Assembly (NCBI GenBank): GCA_001516055.1
Contig: LOEZ01000080.1
Span: 81,091 to 145,090, forward strand
Reading direction: 5' to 3'
DNA from: Gracilibacter sp. BRH_c7a
GTDB lineage: Bacteria > Bacillota > Desulfitobacteriia > Desulfitobacteriales > Syntrophobotulaceae
DNA length: 64,000 nt
A program made the translations under genes and the position numbers. Numbering within the stretch: the first letter of the stretch is position 1; the number at the start of each line of letters is the position of its first letter. The notes beneath the pieces were generated by a model. That model saw nothing but the letters and a program-made list of their open reading frames with translations. It was not told the DNA's origin and searched no databases. Below are positions 30,876 through 40,882 of this stretch, one piece after another.

Positions 30876-30896
30876 GTGCGCAAAGGAGAGAATTAG

Positions 30897-32537
30897 GTGT
30901 TAAATAAGAAGAGAAAACTTTTAGTCGTTCTTTTTGTAATCGTATTGATCTTACCTCTATCAACCAAAGCCTCGGAGATTCAAAGCTACCAGAATCCCTC
31001 CTATGAGGAAATTGCTCGTAAACTAGAAGTTATAGCCCGATCAAAGAATATTCCTAGTGTAATTCTAAAGGTTGTGGCTTTTGTGGAAACCGGTTGGAGA
31101 CAGTTTGACAAGAATGGTAATGTAGTGACCAACCATGCTGGCCCGCGACCGGGTCTCGGTATTATGCAGGTTACAAGTTATAACGATTCAGATACCGAAC
31201 TAGTCAATAGGCTTAAATATGATATCGATTATAATATCTCAGTTGGAGCAGACTTATTAAACGCAAAATGGGATTTTGCACCTAAGATTGGTGATGGCGA
31301 TCGCAATAAACTAGAAAACTGGTATTTTGCTCTCTGGGCCTATAACGGTTGGGCCACAGTGAATAACCCTAACAATGCAGAGGCCAGAGGCAGAGTAGCC
31401 TACCAGGATGCTATCATTAGACGGGCTGCTATAGAGTATCTCCAGGGTGTAGTTACCCCCGTGCAGATAACACCCATCCCTCCGCATCTTTTGCCGATAG
31501 GAACGTTGCCCGACAGGAGTCTAACCTGGGAAACTCCTGAACCTTATACCCTTGGTGATCTTAGGGTTAGACTTGGAGATGACCCCAGTCGAGGGGATAT
31601 ACAAGGATCTATTACCAGGATAGCTGGTAAAAACAGGATAGAAACAGTTAACCAGATAGCACTAACTGGCTGGCCACACGGAACCGAGACCGTAATAATT
31701 ACAAGGTCTGATGATTTTCCTGATGCCTTAGCCGGAGTGCCCTTGGCAAAAAAGTATGCGGCACCCATACTGATAACAGACCCAAATGAACTGGACTCTA
31801 AGGTAATTGATGTCCTCAATACTTTGAAACCTACAACTGCAATAATTATCGGAGGAAAAGGAGCTATCAGCGAAAATACCGAGACCCAATTACGGGAAGT
31901 CCTTCATTGGACAGAAGATATCCGGAGGATCGCCGGGCAGAACAGATTTGAGACAGCCGCACTGATTGCTCAAGAATTCCCAAAAGAGAACCTCATCGCT
32001 ATTGCTACTGGAATGGATTTTCCTGATGCTTTAAGTTTGGCCTCGGCAGCGGCTAGTGCTGATATACCGCTTCTACTTACAGCCACAGATGCAGTGCCTG
32101 AAAGTACGATTCAAACCATGCGGGATCTACAACCAAGAGGTATCTATCTTGTAGGTGGCGAGAGTGCAGTCTCCGCGGGAGTAGTTGAAAAACTGTCTCA
32201 GGAATCAGGAATCGCTGCAGAAAATATAATTAGAATTTATGGAAGTAATCGCTATGAGACTTCTGTTAAGGTCGCAGAAGAGTTTCACCCTGAAGCAGGA
32301 GGGATTTTCCTTGCCACAGGACAGAACTTCACTGATCCTTTAGCTGCTGGAGCTTTAGCCGCCAGCAAATACGGCAGTTTACTTCTTGTTCCTCCGGGCG
32401 GTTTTAGCATCGGATCTCCTATAGAGAACTACCTTATGAAACAACCCTACTCCACTGACGTCACAATCGTGGGTGGAGAAAGCATCATCGATGAGCATAC
32501 AGTCCTTCAAATCCAATACCTCTTAAAACATATCTAA
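30897..32537 (+). CDS. Secreted lytic transglycosylase (SLT domain) with three CWB2 cell-wall-binding repeats
   Basis: Signal peptide. SLT motifs VETGWRQF (catalytic Glu), GLGIMQV and WAYNGW. Three CWB2 repeats start at RIAGKNRIET, RIAGQNRFET and RIYGSNRYET, each with FPDAL. Confidence 0.85.
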   Translation: MLNKKRKLLVVLFVIVLILPLSTKASEIQSYQNPSYEEIARKLEVIARSKNIPSVILKVVAFVETGWRQFDKNGNVVTNHAGPRPGLGIMQVTSYNDSDTELVNRLKYDIDYNISVGADLLNAKWDFAPKIGDGDRNKLENWYFALWAYNGWATVNNPNNAEARGRVAYQDAIIRRAAIEYLQGVVTPVQITPIPPHLLPIGTLPDRSLTWETPEPYTLGDLRVRLGDDPSRGDIQGSITRIAGKNRIETVNQIALTGWPHGTETVIITRSDDFPDALAGVPLAKKYAAPILITDPNELDSKVIDVLNTLKPTTAIIIGGKGAISENTETQLREVLHWTEDIRRIAGQNRFETAALIAQEFPKENLIAIATGMDFPDALSLASAAASADIPLLLTATDAVPESTIQTMRDLQPRGIYLVGGESAVSAGVVEKLSQESGIAAENIIRIYGSNRYETSVKVAEEFHPEAGGIFLATGQNFTDPLAAGALAASKYGSLLLVPPGGFSIGSPIENYLMKQPYSTDVTIVGGESIIDEHTVLQIQYLLKHI

Positions 32538-32550
32538 CGTCAATTAATAA

Positions 32551-32610
32551 GATACCGACTGAGAGAGCCTTTCGAAGTAATTTCGGGAGGCTCTCTCAGT
32601 CGGTATCTTT
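32551..32610 (+). terminator. Long-stem terminator after the CWB2 gene
   Basis: 19-bp stem GATACCGACTGAGAGAGCC / GGCTCTCTCAGTCGGTATC, followed by TTT. Confidence 0.7.
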
Positions 32611-32958
32611 CCCCAAGTACTCGCAGTTTACTGTTGAGTTTTGCTTAATACTTCATAGAAAGAAAGAAAAGATATATCCAAGTAATGTAAAAAATATCTT
32701 AAGCATTTAAAGGGATATCAGCAATAACGTCGAATAATTCATGTTGGATATTTCAAAAAAATGTTATTTATAGTTCTAGATAGACAGAAAAGAGTTTAAA
32801 GAAGAATGGACTCGCACAAACTATATAAATCTAGAAACATGAGATAGCTGCCTTTAAAGTACTACTGATAATTAACGATAAGATTCATAAACCACTAAGC
32901 TTCAAATATCAAGAAAGCAAATCTAATACTTTAACCTAAAGGTATTGGGGAGAATAAG

Positions 32959-33852
32959 ATGACTGTTAATATTGAACTAGAACAAGCCCAATCATTTCTT
33001 AATTATTTTAAAACTCTTGATGCAACAGTCTATTCATATACAATAGATGCAACAGATGCACAAAACCTTTTTGTAACCGATAGTATTGAAATCATTTTTG
33101 GTCTTTCTAAACTAGAATTCAACATGAATACTTGGAAAAAGTTTGTTCATCCCCAAGATAGGAACAAGGTTAATAGATGGAGAAAACTAGTGCATTCTAA
33201 ATTGGAATCTGGAGTTATCCAATATCGGATAACCCACTCTGATGGAAGTATCCGCTGGCTGGAAGATCATCTAACTGTCGTAACTACCATCGAGTCTCAG
33301 AACGTTTTTTTGGGTATTATCATCGATATTACAGCCAAGAAAGAATATGAGCAGCAAATAGAATACATGGCCTTTAATGATACGCTTACAGGCCTGCCTA
33401 ATAGGAATATGCTTAGCAGTTATTTTCCTAAAGCAATTGCACGATGCAAGAGAAAAAATACGAAGCTAGCCATCATGTATATAGATTTAGATAAATTCAA
33501 AAATGTCAACGATACCTTCGGACACGACATAGGAGATTTATTACTGAAACAAGTTGCCCAGAGGCTGCTTGAATGTGTGCGTCAAGGAGACATCGTAACA
33601 AGACAAGGTGGAGATGAATTTGTCATCTTACTTGAAGATACCAACATTCAGATACTACAGGAGATAGCCAAACGAATACTGGTTTGGATAGCGGAACCTT
33701 TTATAATCGAAATGGAAAAAATCAGCGTATCTGCAAGTATAGGCATAAGCATCTATCCCGAACACGGCGAAGACTTAGATACCCTTACCAGACTTGCAGA
33801 CGAAGCAATGTTTGAATGCAAAGCTAGTTCAATCTACCAATTCTACAAATAA
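32959..33852 (+). CDS. PAS-GGDEF diguanylate cyclase
   Basis: PAS domain, then LTGLPNR and an intact GGDEF (RQGGDEFVILL). No RxxD I-site. Cytoplasmic. Confidence 0.88.
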   Translation: MTVNIELEQAQSFLNYFKTLDATVYSYTIDATDAQNLFVTDSIEIIFGLSKLEFNMNTWKKFVHPQDRNKVNRWRKLVHSKLESGVIQYRITHSDGSIRWLEDHLTVVTTIESQNVFLGIIIDITAKKEYEQQIEYMAFNDTLTGLPNRNMLSSYFPKAIARCKRKNTKLAIMYIDLDKFKNVNDTFGHDIGDLLLKQVAQRLLECVRQGDIVTRQGGDEFVILLEDTNIQILQEIAKRILVWIAEPFIIEMEKISVSASIGISIYPEHGEDLDTLTRLADEAMFECKASSIYQFYK

Positions 33853-33865
33853 AGGTGTAAATTCA

Positions 33866-33927
33866 GTAAATTCAGGGACGGTTCTTCACTTTACATAAAG
33901 TTAGTAAAGTCAGGGACGGTTCTTTAC
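33866..33927 (+). repeat. Hairpin repeat locus 1 (two forward copies)
   Basis: GTAAATTCAGGGACGGTTCTTCAC (33866-33889) and GTAAAGTCAGGGACGGTTCTTTAC (33904-33927), 14 nt after the GGDEF stop. Confidence 0.85.
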
Positions 33928-34445
33928 TTTATAAAAAAGATAGACGGGAATTGTCTCCTACCTACGTAAAAAAGCTAAATCAAATGCGGTAAATAGCCGT
34001 TTTTTTTTGTAATGAGTATATAGGGTATAAGTAATTAGTGTAAAGAAGTGAATAAAATAGTGATATAAAGTTTAGATGATTTGGAGTTAATTGGAAATAA
34101 AAACGCAAAGGAAAAAATGCATCTGCTGACGAATAAAGAATAAAATCTAATGTAAAAAGATGGGAGAGGATAGAAATCAGATATAAGTATTTAATTCGTT
34201 TAGGGATAGTTCTGCTCCTCCTTATTTGCTTAGTTATTCCTCAAGGGCCAATAACTACACTTGCCTCCAATCAAAATCCATCCTTAGAGGAGATAGCTGG
34301 CATCTTTGACAGGGTAGGTAAAGAAAAGAAAATTCCTCCGGTTATCCTCAAAGCTATTGCTTACAAAGAATCAGGGTGGCGTCAATGGGATAGTAATGGC
34401 AATGTAGTAACGTCTTACTGGGGAAGTACCCCTAATATAGGAATA

Positions 34446-35822
34446 ATGCAAGTAGGATCGTATAATCCAAATAATGCCGACCTAGTTGCAAAACTGAAAA
34501 ATGATATAAGTTTCAATATCGAATATGGTGCTGACATTCTTCTCTCCAAGTGGAATGCAACTCCTCATATAGGTGATGGAGATCCCAATAAACTCGAGAA
34601 CTGGTATTTTGCACTCTGGGCTTATAATGGTTGGGTCACATATAACAACCCAAGTAATGCTGCAGCCGCCGGAAGAGAAACTTATCAGGAAAAAATATTT
34701 AAGCTTATTGGGTCTGAGTACTTTAAAGGGCTGGTAAATCCGAGTGCAGTTACCCCTATACCTACCAGCGTTATACCGGCAGGCACTCTCCCAACCAAAA
34801 ATACTATCTGGCAAACGCCGGAACCCATACATTACGGTGGTCTTGATGAAGTTTCTGCTCTCAGCGATTTGGAAATTAGCTTATTAGAATCGGTCAATCG
34901 CTTAGCCGGACCTGACAGGATAGAAACCGCCCTTAGAATCGCTTCACATGGCTGGCCTGATGGTAGTGAAACAGTTTTAATTGTAAGAGCAGATGATTTT
35001 CCTGACGCGTTAGCTGGAGTAGCACTTGCTAAGAAATACAATGCTCCCATTCTTCTCACTCCCAAAAATCATCTCGATTCTAGGGTTGAGGAAACTTTGA
35101 TAAAGCTTAAACCTCTAAAAGTAATCCTGCTCGGTGGACAGGATGCCTTAGGGAATCAGGTTGAGAAACGATTGAGAGAAGTACTTGACTGGACTGAAGA
35201 TTTTGAACGAATTGCTGGGAAAGATAGATTTGAAACAGCAGCCTTAGTAGCTTCAACTTTTTCATCGAACAGCGTTGTTTTAGCTACCGGCTATAATTTC
35301 CCCGATGCTTTAAGTCTAGCTTCGGCAGCAGGAGCTCAAGGTTATCCTCTACTGCTTGTAGGTTCAGACAGCCTACCCGTTGCCACCAAAGAATATTTAG
35401 AAAAAGCTAAACCTCAAACTCTGTATATCGCCGGTGGTGAAGGAATTATTTCGTCTAAGCTACTTGATAATATAGCTAAAACTTCAGGTGTGCCAGTTGA
35501 AGAGATCAAACGTTTAGCAGGTCATGATCGCTATGACACATCAATAAATATCCTGACAGAATTTTACCCTGCAGCATCGAAGATTTTCCTTGCCACAGGA
35601 CAAAATTTTCCTGATGCTCTGGCTGGCGCGGCCCTAGCCGCAAAGCAAAACGCCCCTATGCTCCTAGTTCCACCATCAGGATTAACTAATGGTTCTAGTA
35701 CAGAAAATTATTTAAAAAACCTCCCTCCAAAAGTAGAAATCGAAGTATTCGGGGGAAAAAACGCTATTTCGGATAAAGGTATCATCACGATTTTAAATCT
35801 ATTAGCCAATAACAAAATATAA
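34446..35822 (+). CDS. SLT lytic transglycosylase with three CWB2 repeats (paralog of 30897-32537); 5' end anomalous
   Basis: GIMQVG, WAYNGW and CWB2 repeats RLAGPDRIET, RIAGKDRFET, RLAGHDRYDT. The reading frame stays open back to 34137. That stretch encodes a signal peptide and the catalytic KESGW motif, but has no in-frame ATG, GTG or TTG. Confidence 0.75.
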   Translation: MQVGSYNPNNADLVAKLKNDISFNIEYGADILLSKWNATPHIGDGDPNKLENWYFALWAYNGWVTYNNPSNAAAAGRETYQEKIFKLIGSEYFKGLVNPSAVTPIPTSVIPAGTLPTKNTIWQTPEPIHYGGLDEVSALSDLEISLLESVNRLAGPDRIETALRIASHGWPDGSETVLIVRADDFPDALAGVALAKKYNAPILLTPKNHLDSRVEETLIKLKPLKVILLGGQDALGNQVEKRLREVLDWTEDFERIAGKDRFETAALVASTFSSNSVVLATGYNFPDALSLASAAGAQGYPLLLVGSDSLPVATKEYLEKAKPQTLYIAGGEGIISSKLLDNIAKTSGVPVEEIKRLAGHDRYDTSINILTEFYPAASKIFLATGQNFPDALAGAALAAKQNAPMLLVPPSGLTNGSSTENYLKNLPPKVEIEVFGGKNAISDKGIITILNLLANNKI

Positions 35823-35852
35823 ATCCTTAATAATAGTAAAGATAGTAAAGTT

Positions 35853-35965
35853 ATAAAGTTAGGGACGGTTCTTTACTTTGTAAAAAGAAAGCGGTCCTTC
35901 AAGTCGGGGACGGGTCTTTGTTTCACTCAACACAGAGGAAGCAGAAGAGCCGTCCCCTTGCTTCC
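35853..35965. repeat. Hairpin repeat locus 2 (one good forward copy plus a degenerate forward/reverse pair)
   Basis: TAAAGTTAGGGACGGTTCTTTAC at 35854-35876. The degenerate forward copy GTCGGGGACGGGTC (35903-35916) faces the reverse copy GAGCCGTCCCC (35947-35957). Confidence 0.75.
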
Positions 35966-36070
35966 TTTCCTTGCTTAAACCATGCTTCTCTAATTGTAAA
36001 TAACCCTAAATTGTAGTAAACTGATAATCGATAAAAACTAGTATTTTACTTCGAAAGGAAGTCAAGATAA

Positions 36071-37924
36071 GTGTCACACCCTAAACGCACCCTTGCTCTT
36101 ATGCTTTTTGATGCCCTTCTTGTTAATCTTGCCCTTTTCGGCAGTTTTTACCTGCGTTTTGAAGAAGGTCTGCCTCAAGAATATATACAAACTTATATTG
36201 ACGCTGCAGTAATTTCCACTGTAGCATTGCTGTTAGCTTTTCAATTTTTTGGCCTTTATAGGAATATCTGGCGGTATGCAAGTATCGGTGAAATGCTTTC
36301 GATTGTCTATGCGGTAACTATAGGCTCAGCCTTTACGGTTACTGTTGTATATTTTATTGCACCTATCAGACTGCCCCATTCCGTCAGCGTTCTGTTTTGG
36401 CTCTTAGTAATCGTCTCTATAGGTGGGTTTAGGTTCAGTCAACGACTGCGTCAAGAAAACCCCATCTTTACAGTTTGGAACAAAACTCCCAGAAAAGTCC
36501 TCATTATCGGGGCCGGGGATGCCGGAGTTCTAGCTTTGAGAGAACTCAAAAATCGAGATTTTCAAGATGGGATGCCCGTTGGATTTATTGATGACAGCGA
36601 AAGGAAGATATATCTTAATGTTCAGGGATTCCCAGTACTTGGTTCCAGAAAAGAAATACCTGAAGTTGTAGAAAAATATGGAGTAGAAGAAATAATAATA
36701 GCTATCCCCTCGGCCTCTGGTGATGCCATCAGGGAGATAGTTGAAATATGCAAAGAGACGAAAGCTTCTAACTTAAAAATATTACCGGGTGTGTATGATA
36801 TCCTCAGTGGGAAGATTACAGTAAGTTCCATCCGGGAAGTTCAGGTCGAAGATTTACTTGGACGAGATCCCGTCTGGGTTGATTTAGAGGAAGTGGCTCA
36901 TTACTTAAAAGGCCAAGTAGTCCTAGTGACAGGTGCTGGAGGTTCGATCGGTTCGGAACTCTGTAGACAGATTGTTAGATTCTCACCTTCCCAGTTAATT
37001 CTCACAGGACATGGAGAAAATAGCATCTTTGATATCCAGCAAGAACTTAAACAGCATCCGATTTTCACAGAAATTTTTGATATTAAGGATCAGCAAAAGG
37101 TCAACATTATTTTCGAAAGGTACAAGCCATCCGTTGTCTTTCATGCTGCAGCTCATAAACATGTACCACTTATGGAAGCTAATCCAGAAGAAGCTTTAAA
37201 AAATAATATTTTAGGAACAAACAATCTTGCTCAAGCCGCTGATCGAACAGGAGTTAAAACATTTGTCCTTATCTCCACTGATAAAGCAGTTAATCCAACC
37301 AGTATAATGGGAGCCTCTAAAAGAATAGCAGAGATGATTATTCAGGACTATAACTATAAATCCGAGACCAAATTCGTGGCAGTGCGGTTCGGAAACGTCT
37401 TAGGGAGCAGAGGGAGTGTAATCCCTACTTTTAAAAGTCAGATTACAGCCGGAGGTCCGGTTACAGTAACCGATCCTCGGATGACCCGGTATTTTATGAC
37501 CATACCTGAAGCTAGTCAACTTGTTATTCAAGCTGGATCCATGGCTACTGGAGGAGAGATATTCATTCTGGATATGGGTAAACCGGTTAAAATCATTGAT
37601 TTAGCCAGAGACCTTATCCGCCTTTCCGGCCTCGAACCCGATAAGGATATTAAGATAGTAATTACCGGAACCAGACCGGGAGAGAAGCTCTTTGAGGAAC
37701 TTCTTACCTCAGAAGAAGGAACCTCAGCTACAAAACATAAAAGGATTTTCATCGCTAGGCCGAACAATATTCCTTATGAGTCTATCGAACAATTAGTCCA
37801 GACAATAAGCCAACGTGGCAGTTATCTTGATAGAGACGAAATAGTTGCTGGTATAAGACAACTCTTACCTACTTTTCGCTTAGAGAAAGATAGTCTGCAG
37901 ACAGAGATGATTGTAAATAAATGA
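36071..37924 (+). CDS. Membrane-bound nucleotide-sugar 4,6-dehydratase (CapD/PglF/WbpM family)
   Basis: Four N-terminal TM helices, two Rossmann motifs (IIGAGDAG, VTGAGGSIGSEL) and the catalytic region HAAAHKHVP. GTG start. Confidence 0.88.
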   Translation: MSHPKRTLALMLFDALLVNLALFGSFYLRFEEGLPQEYIQTYIDAAVISTVALLLAFQFFGLYRNIWRYASIGEMLSIVYAVTIGSAFTVTVVYFIAPIRLPHSVSVLFWLLVIVSIGGFRFSQRLRQENPIFTVWNKTPRKVLIIGAGDAGVLALRELKNRDFQDGMPVGFIDDSERKIYLNVQGFPVLGSRKEIPEVVEKYGVEEIIIAIPSASGDAIREIVEICKETKASNLKILPGVYDILSGKITVSSIREVQVEDLLGRDPVWVDLEEVAHYLKGQVVLVTGAGGSIGSELCRQIVRFSPSQLILTGHGENSIFDIQQELKQHPIFTEIFDIKDQQKVNIIFERYKPSVVFHAAAHKHVPLMEANPEEALKNNILGTNNLAQAADRTGVKTFVLISTDKAVNPTSIMGASKRIAEMIIQDYNYKSETKFVAVRFGNVLGSRGSVIPTFKSQITAGGPVTVTDPRMTRYFMTIPEASQLVIQAGSMATGGEIFILDMGKPVKIIDLARDLIRLSGLEPDKDIKIVITGTRPGEKLFEELLTSEEGTSATKHKRIFIARPNNIPYESIEQLVQTISQRGSYLDRDEIVAGIRQLLPTFRLEKDSLQTEMIVNK

Positions 37925-37984
37925 GTTTAAAATACTTAGAAATTAAACAAAGATAACCTTGAAGAATAGAAGGAGGAAGCTTTC

Positions 37985-39340
37985 ATGCTTGAAGTCAAAC
38001 AAGTAATCACCGATCAAGATACAGTGGCTCTGGAACTGAAAAGAAAGATAGAAGGTCATAAAGCTATAATAGGAGTCATTGGGCTCGGATATGTGGGACT
38101 TCCTCTTGCCGTGGAGAAAGGTAAAGTCGGCTTTTCCGTTATCGGTTTCGATATAAACCCTGATAGAGTGGCCAAAGTTAATGCCGGAGACAATTATATC
38201 GGCGACGTTAAAGATGAAGAACTAAAAGAACTTGCTGACAGAGGCATAATAAAAGCAACCACTGACTTTTCCCAATTGGCTGATTGTGACGTCGTCATCA
38301 TATGTGTCCCCACGCCTTTAACCGTAACCCGTGATCCTGACATATCATACATGAAAGCCTCAGCGGATCAAATAGTCCATTATATTAGACCAGGACAGCT
38401 TATAACTTTAGAAAGCACGACGTATCCTGGAACTACTACAGAAGTAATACTCCCTATTCTTGAGACTTCCGGCCTCAAAGTAGGCAAAGATTTCTTTCTA
38501 GCCTTTTCTCCCGAAAGGGTTGATCCCGGAAATAAACGGTTTACCACGAAAAACACTTCTAAAGTAGTAGGAGGCGTTACTCCATACTGCTTGGAGATTT
38601 CTTATACCCTATATACTCAGACAATAGTCAATGTGGTTCCTGTCAGTTCACCGGCAGCAGCCGAACTTACAAAAGTCTTTGAAAATACTTATAGAGCAGT
38701 TAATATAGCTTTGGTAAATGAAATGATGCTGTTATGTGATCGTATGGGACTGGATGTTTGGGAAATCGTCGAAGCAGCTTCCACCAAACCCTTCGGTATT
38801 CATACTTTCTATCCAGGACCAGGAGTCGGAGGTCATTGCATCCCGATCGATCCTTTCTATCTCACCTGGAAAGCAAGAGAGTATAACTTTCATACCCGAT
38901 TCATTGAACTGGCCGGGGAAATAAATGTAGAAGTATCATATTATGTAGTCAATAAAGTATATAGAGCATTGAACGGAGTGAAAAAGAGTATCAAGGATGC
39001 TAACATCCTTATCCTTGGAGTCGCTTATAAGAAAGATATCGATGATGTCCGTGAATCGCCGGCCTTGATAATCATAGAACGGTTGCGGCAAGAAGGTGCC
39101 AACATCACCTATCATGACCCCTATATTTCAGAAATCCAGCCTCATGGAGGCTGTGAAATCCATTTGAAAAGCGTTGATCTTACACCCCAAGCCCTCGCCG
39201 CCTCAGACTGCGTCCTTATCCTTACAGACCATAGTAAGGTAGACTACGACCAAGTGGTCGAACAAGCTCAACTCATAGTGGACACCCGTAACGCTACGAA
39301 AAATGTCCTTGCCCATAGAGAAAAAATCTTTAAAATCTAG
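37985..39340 (+). CDS. UDP-N-acetyl-D-glucosamine/mannosamine 6-dehydrogenase (WbpA/WecC family)
   Basis: Nucleotide-sugar dehydrogenase with GVIGLGYVGLPLA, catalytic GGHCIPIDP, and C-terminal AYKKDIDDVRESPA. Confidence 0.88.
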   Translation: MLEVKQVITDQDTVALELKRKIEGHKAIIGVIGLGYVGLPLAVEKGKVGFSVIGFDINPDRVAKVNAGDNYIGDVKDEELKELADRGIIKATTDFSQLADCDVVIICVPTPLTVTRDPDISYMKASADQIVHYIRPGQLITLESTTYPGTTTEVILPILETSGLKVGKDFFLAFSPERVDPGNKRFTTKNTSKVVGGVTPYCLEISYTLYTQTIVNVVPVSSPAAAELTKVFENTYRAVNIALVNEMMLLCDRMGLDVWEIVEAASTKPFGIHTFYPGPGVGGHCIPIDPFYLTWKAREYNFHTRFIELAGEINVEVSYYVVNKVYRALNGVKKSIKDANILILGVAYKKDIDDVRESPALIIIERLRQEGANITYHDPYISEIQPHGGCEIHLKSVDLTPQALAASDCVLILTDHSKVDYDQVVEQAQLIVDTRNATKNVLAHREKIFKI

Positions 39341-39392
39341 TGGAATTTTAGACAGAAGAACCGTCTCTCTGTCTCTTGAGGAGTGGTATATT

Positions 39393-40451
39393 TTGATAAC
39401 ATCTAAGGAAAAGCTGCGTTTTGGAATTATAGGCTGTGGACGAATAGCTCCCAAACATGCAGAATCTATAATCGCTATCCCTGAAGCTGAACTTGTCGCT
39501 GTCTGTGATATTATCTCGGAGAAAGCAGAAAGGTTTGCGCATCTTTATAATGCTGATCCTTATCTAGATTATAAAGAGCTTCTTCAAAGAGAAGATATAG
39601 ATATCGTTACAATAGCTACCCCTAGTGGCATTCATGCAGAAATCGGAATAGAGGCGGCTAAGGCAGGCAAGCATGTCATGGTGGAAAAACCCATGGCAAT
39701 GACCTTAAAGCAAGCCGACTATCTCATTAAAGCCTGCCAGGAATATAACGTTAAACTAAGCGTAATTCACCAAAACCGCTATAATAAATCAATCAAAATC
39801 TTGAGAGAAGCCATGGAAAAAGGACGATTCGGAAAACTAACCCATGGACAAGCGACTATCAGGTGGAATCGGAATGAAGATTATTACATCCAAGCTCCCT
39901 GGAGAGGAACCAAGCTTCAAGATGGTGGAGTATTAATGAATCAATCCATCCATAACATCGATCTTCTGCAATGGATGATGGGACCTGTAGAGTCTGTTTT
40001 CGGGTATACCACCACAGCTCTACGTCAGATTGAAATGGAAGACGTTGCTGGTGCAGTAATTAGGTTTAAGAACGGAGCAATCGGCCTGATAGAGGCAGCT
40101 ACAACCATATACCCCAAAAATATAGAGGAAACTTTAAATATCTTTGGAGAGACAGGTTCGGTTGTAATAGGTGGAATTGCAGTTAATAGAGTTGAGGTTT
40201 GGGAATTTCCAGAAAGTGAAGGAGAGAAGAATCAGATTTTTTCAGCTCAGGAAAGCGATCCCCCTACGGTATACGGGTTCGGGCACCGAGAGATAATAGA
40301 GGATATGATTAAATCCGTTAAATCAAACACCTCTCCTCCGATAAACGGGGAGGAAGGGCGTAAAGCTCTGGAGATTATCTTGGCCATCTATAAATCTCAG
40401 GAGAGCGGACTTCCAGTTAAGCTACCACTATTAGACGACTTTGCTGATTAG
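39393..40451 (+). CDS. Gfo/Idh/MocA oxidoreductase (WbpB-like)
   Basis: TTG 39393 lies 9 nt after GAGGAG and gives ...KLRFGIIGCGRIAPKH at the N-terminus, followed by an EKPMA motif. The track start 39303 overlaps the upstream gene by 38 nt. Confidence 0.82.
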   Translation: MITSKEKLRFGIIGCGRIAPKHAESIIAIPEAELVAVCDIISEKAERFAHLYNADPYLDYKELLQREDIDIVTIATPSGIHAEIGIEAAKAGKHVMVEKPMAMTLKQADYLIKACQEYNVKLSVIHQNRYNKSIKILREAMEKGRFGKLTHGQATIRWNRNEDYYIQAPWRGTKLQDGGVLMNQSIHNIDLLQWMMGPVESVFGYTTTALRQIEMEDVAGAVIRFKNGAIGLIEAATTIYPKNIEETLNIFGETGSVVIGGIAVNRVEVWEFPESEGEKNQIFSAQESDPPTVYGFGHREIIEDMIKSVKSNTSPPINGEEGRKALEIILAIYKSQESGLPVKLPLLDDFAD

Positions 40452-40563
40452 ACGATTTTTGGGAAAACAAGGAAGCATTAGGTAATTAATCCCTTGTTAC
40501 TTAGAATTGCACTCCTCTTTTCGGTCCAACATACTCTATTACTACCCGGAACCGAAAAGGAGA

Positions 40564-40812
40564 ATGCCTATGATGCCACCTTATCAAGGACCTGGACATG
40601 GGATTCCACATACTATGCCGGACTATAATCGTGCTATCATGCACGTTATGCCAGCGATTAGACAAAGCTTAAGAGAAGCTAGGCCGGTTGGTGTTAAACA
40701 CGCGGTCACCGAAGCAGCCCTTATATCCTATCTTATAGGAAAGGGGTTTGATTTCTACCAAGCACTACGTATTGTGGAGTCATGGGAGAGGAATGAATCA
40801 TTTCCAATGTAA
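40564..40812 (+). CDS. Hypothetical small protein
   Basis: AAAGGAG RBS before the ATG cluster at 40564/40570/40573. P/G/H-rich N-terminus and a helical C-terminus. No recognised family. Confidence 0.5.
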   Translation: MPMMPPYQGPGHGIPHTMPDYNRAIMHVMPAIRQSLREARPVGVKHAVTEAALISYLIGKGFDFYQALRIVESWERNESFPM

Positions 40813-40850
40813 AGATGGCTACCCATGGTCAAAAAAGCAAAAAATGATTT

Positions 40851-40881
40851 AATATGGCTATAGCCTATTAGATTATTTTTT
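40851..40881. terminator. Putative bidirectional terminator
   Basis: AATATGGC-TATA-GCCTATT hairpin with an A run upstream and T6 downstream, between convergent small genes. Confidence 0.5.
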
Positions 40882-40882
40882 G

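Noticed and set aside
32860-32941. Imperfect inverted repeat (CCTTTAAAGTACT ... TACTTTAACCTAAAGG) as a phase-variable invertible promoter upstream of the PAS-GGDEF gene
   Set aside because: The arms are short, AT-rich and interrupted, and the enclosed segment is only about 50 nt. No recombinase gene is nearby. This is likely chance in AT-rich DNA.
39303-39392. Long N-terminal extension of the WbpB-like oxidoreductase overlapping the upstream dehydrogenase by 38 nt
   Set aside because: The extension has no Rossmann motif or RBS. TTG 39393, behind GAGGAG, gives the family-typical N-terminus.
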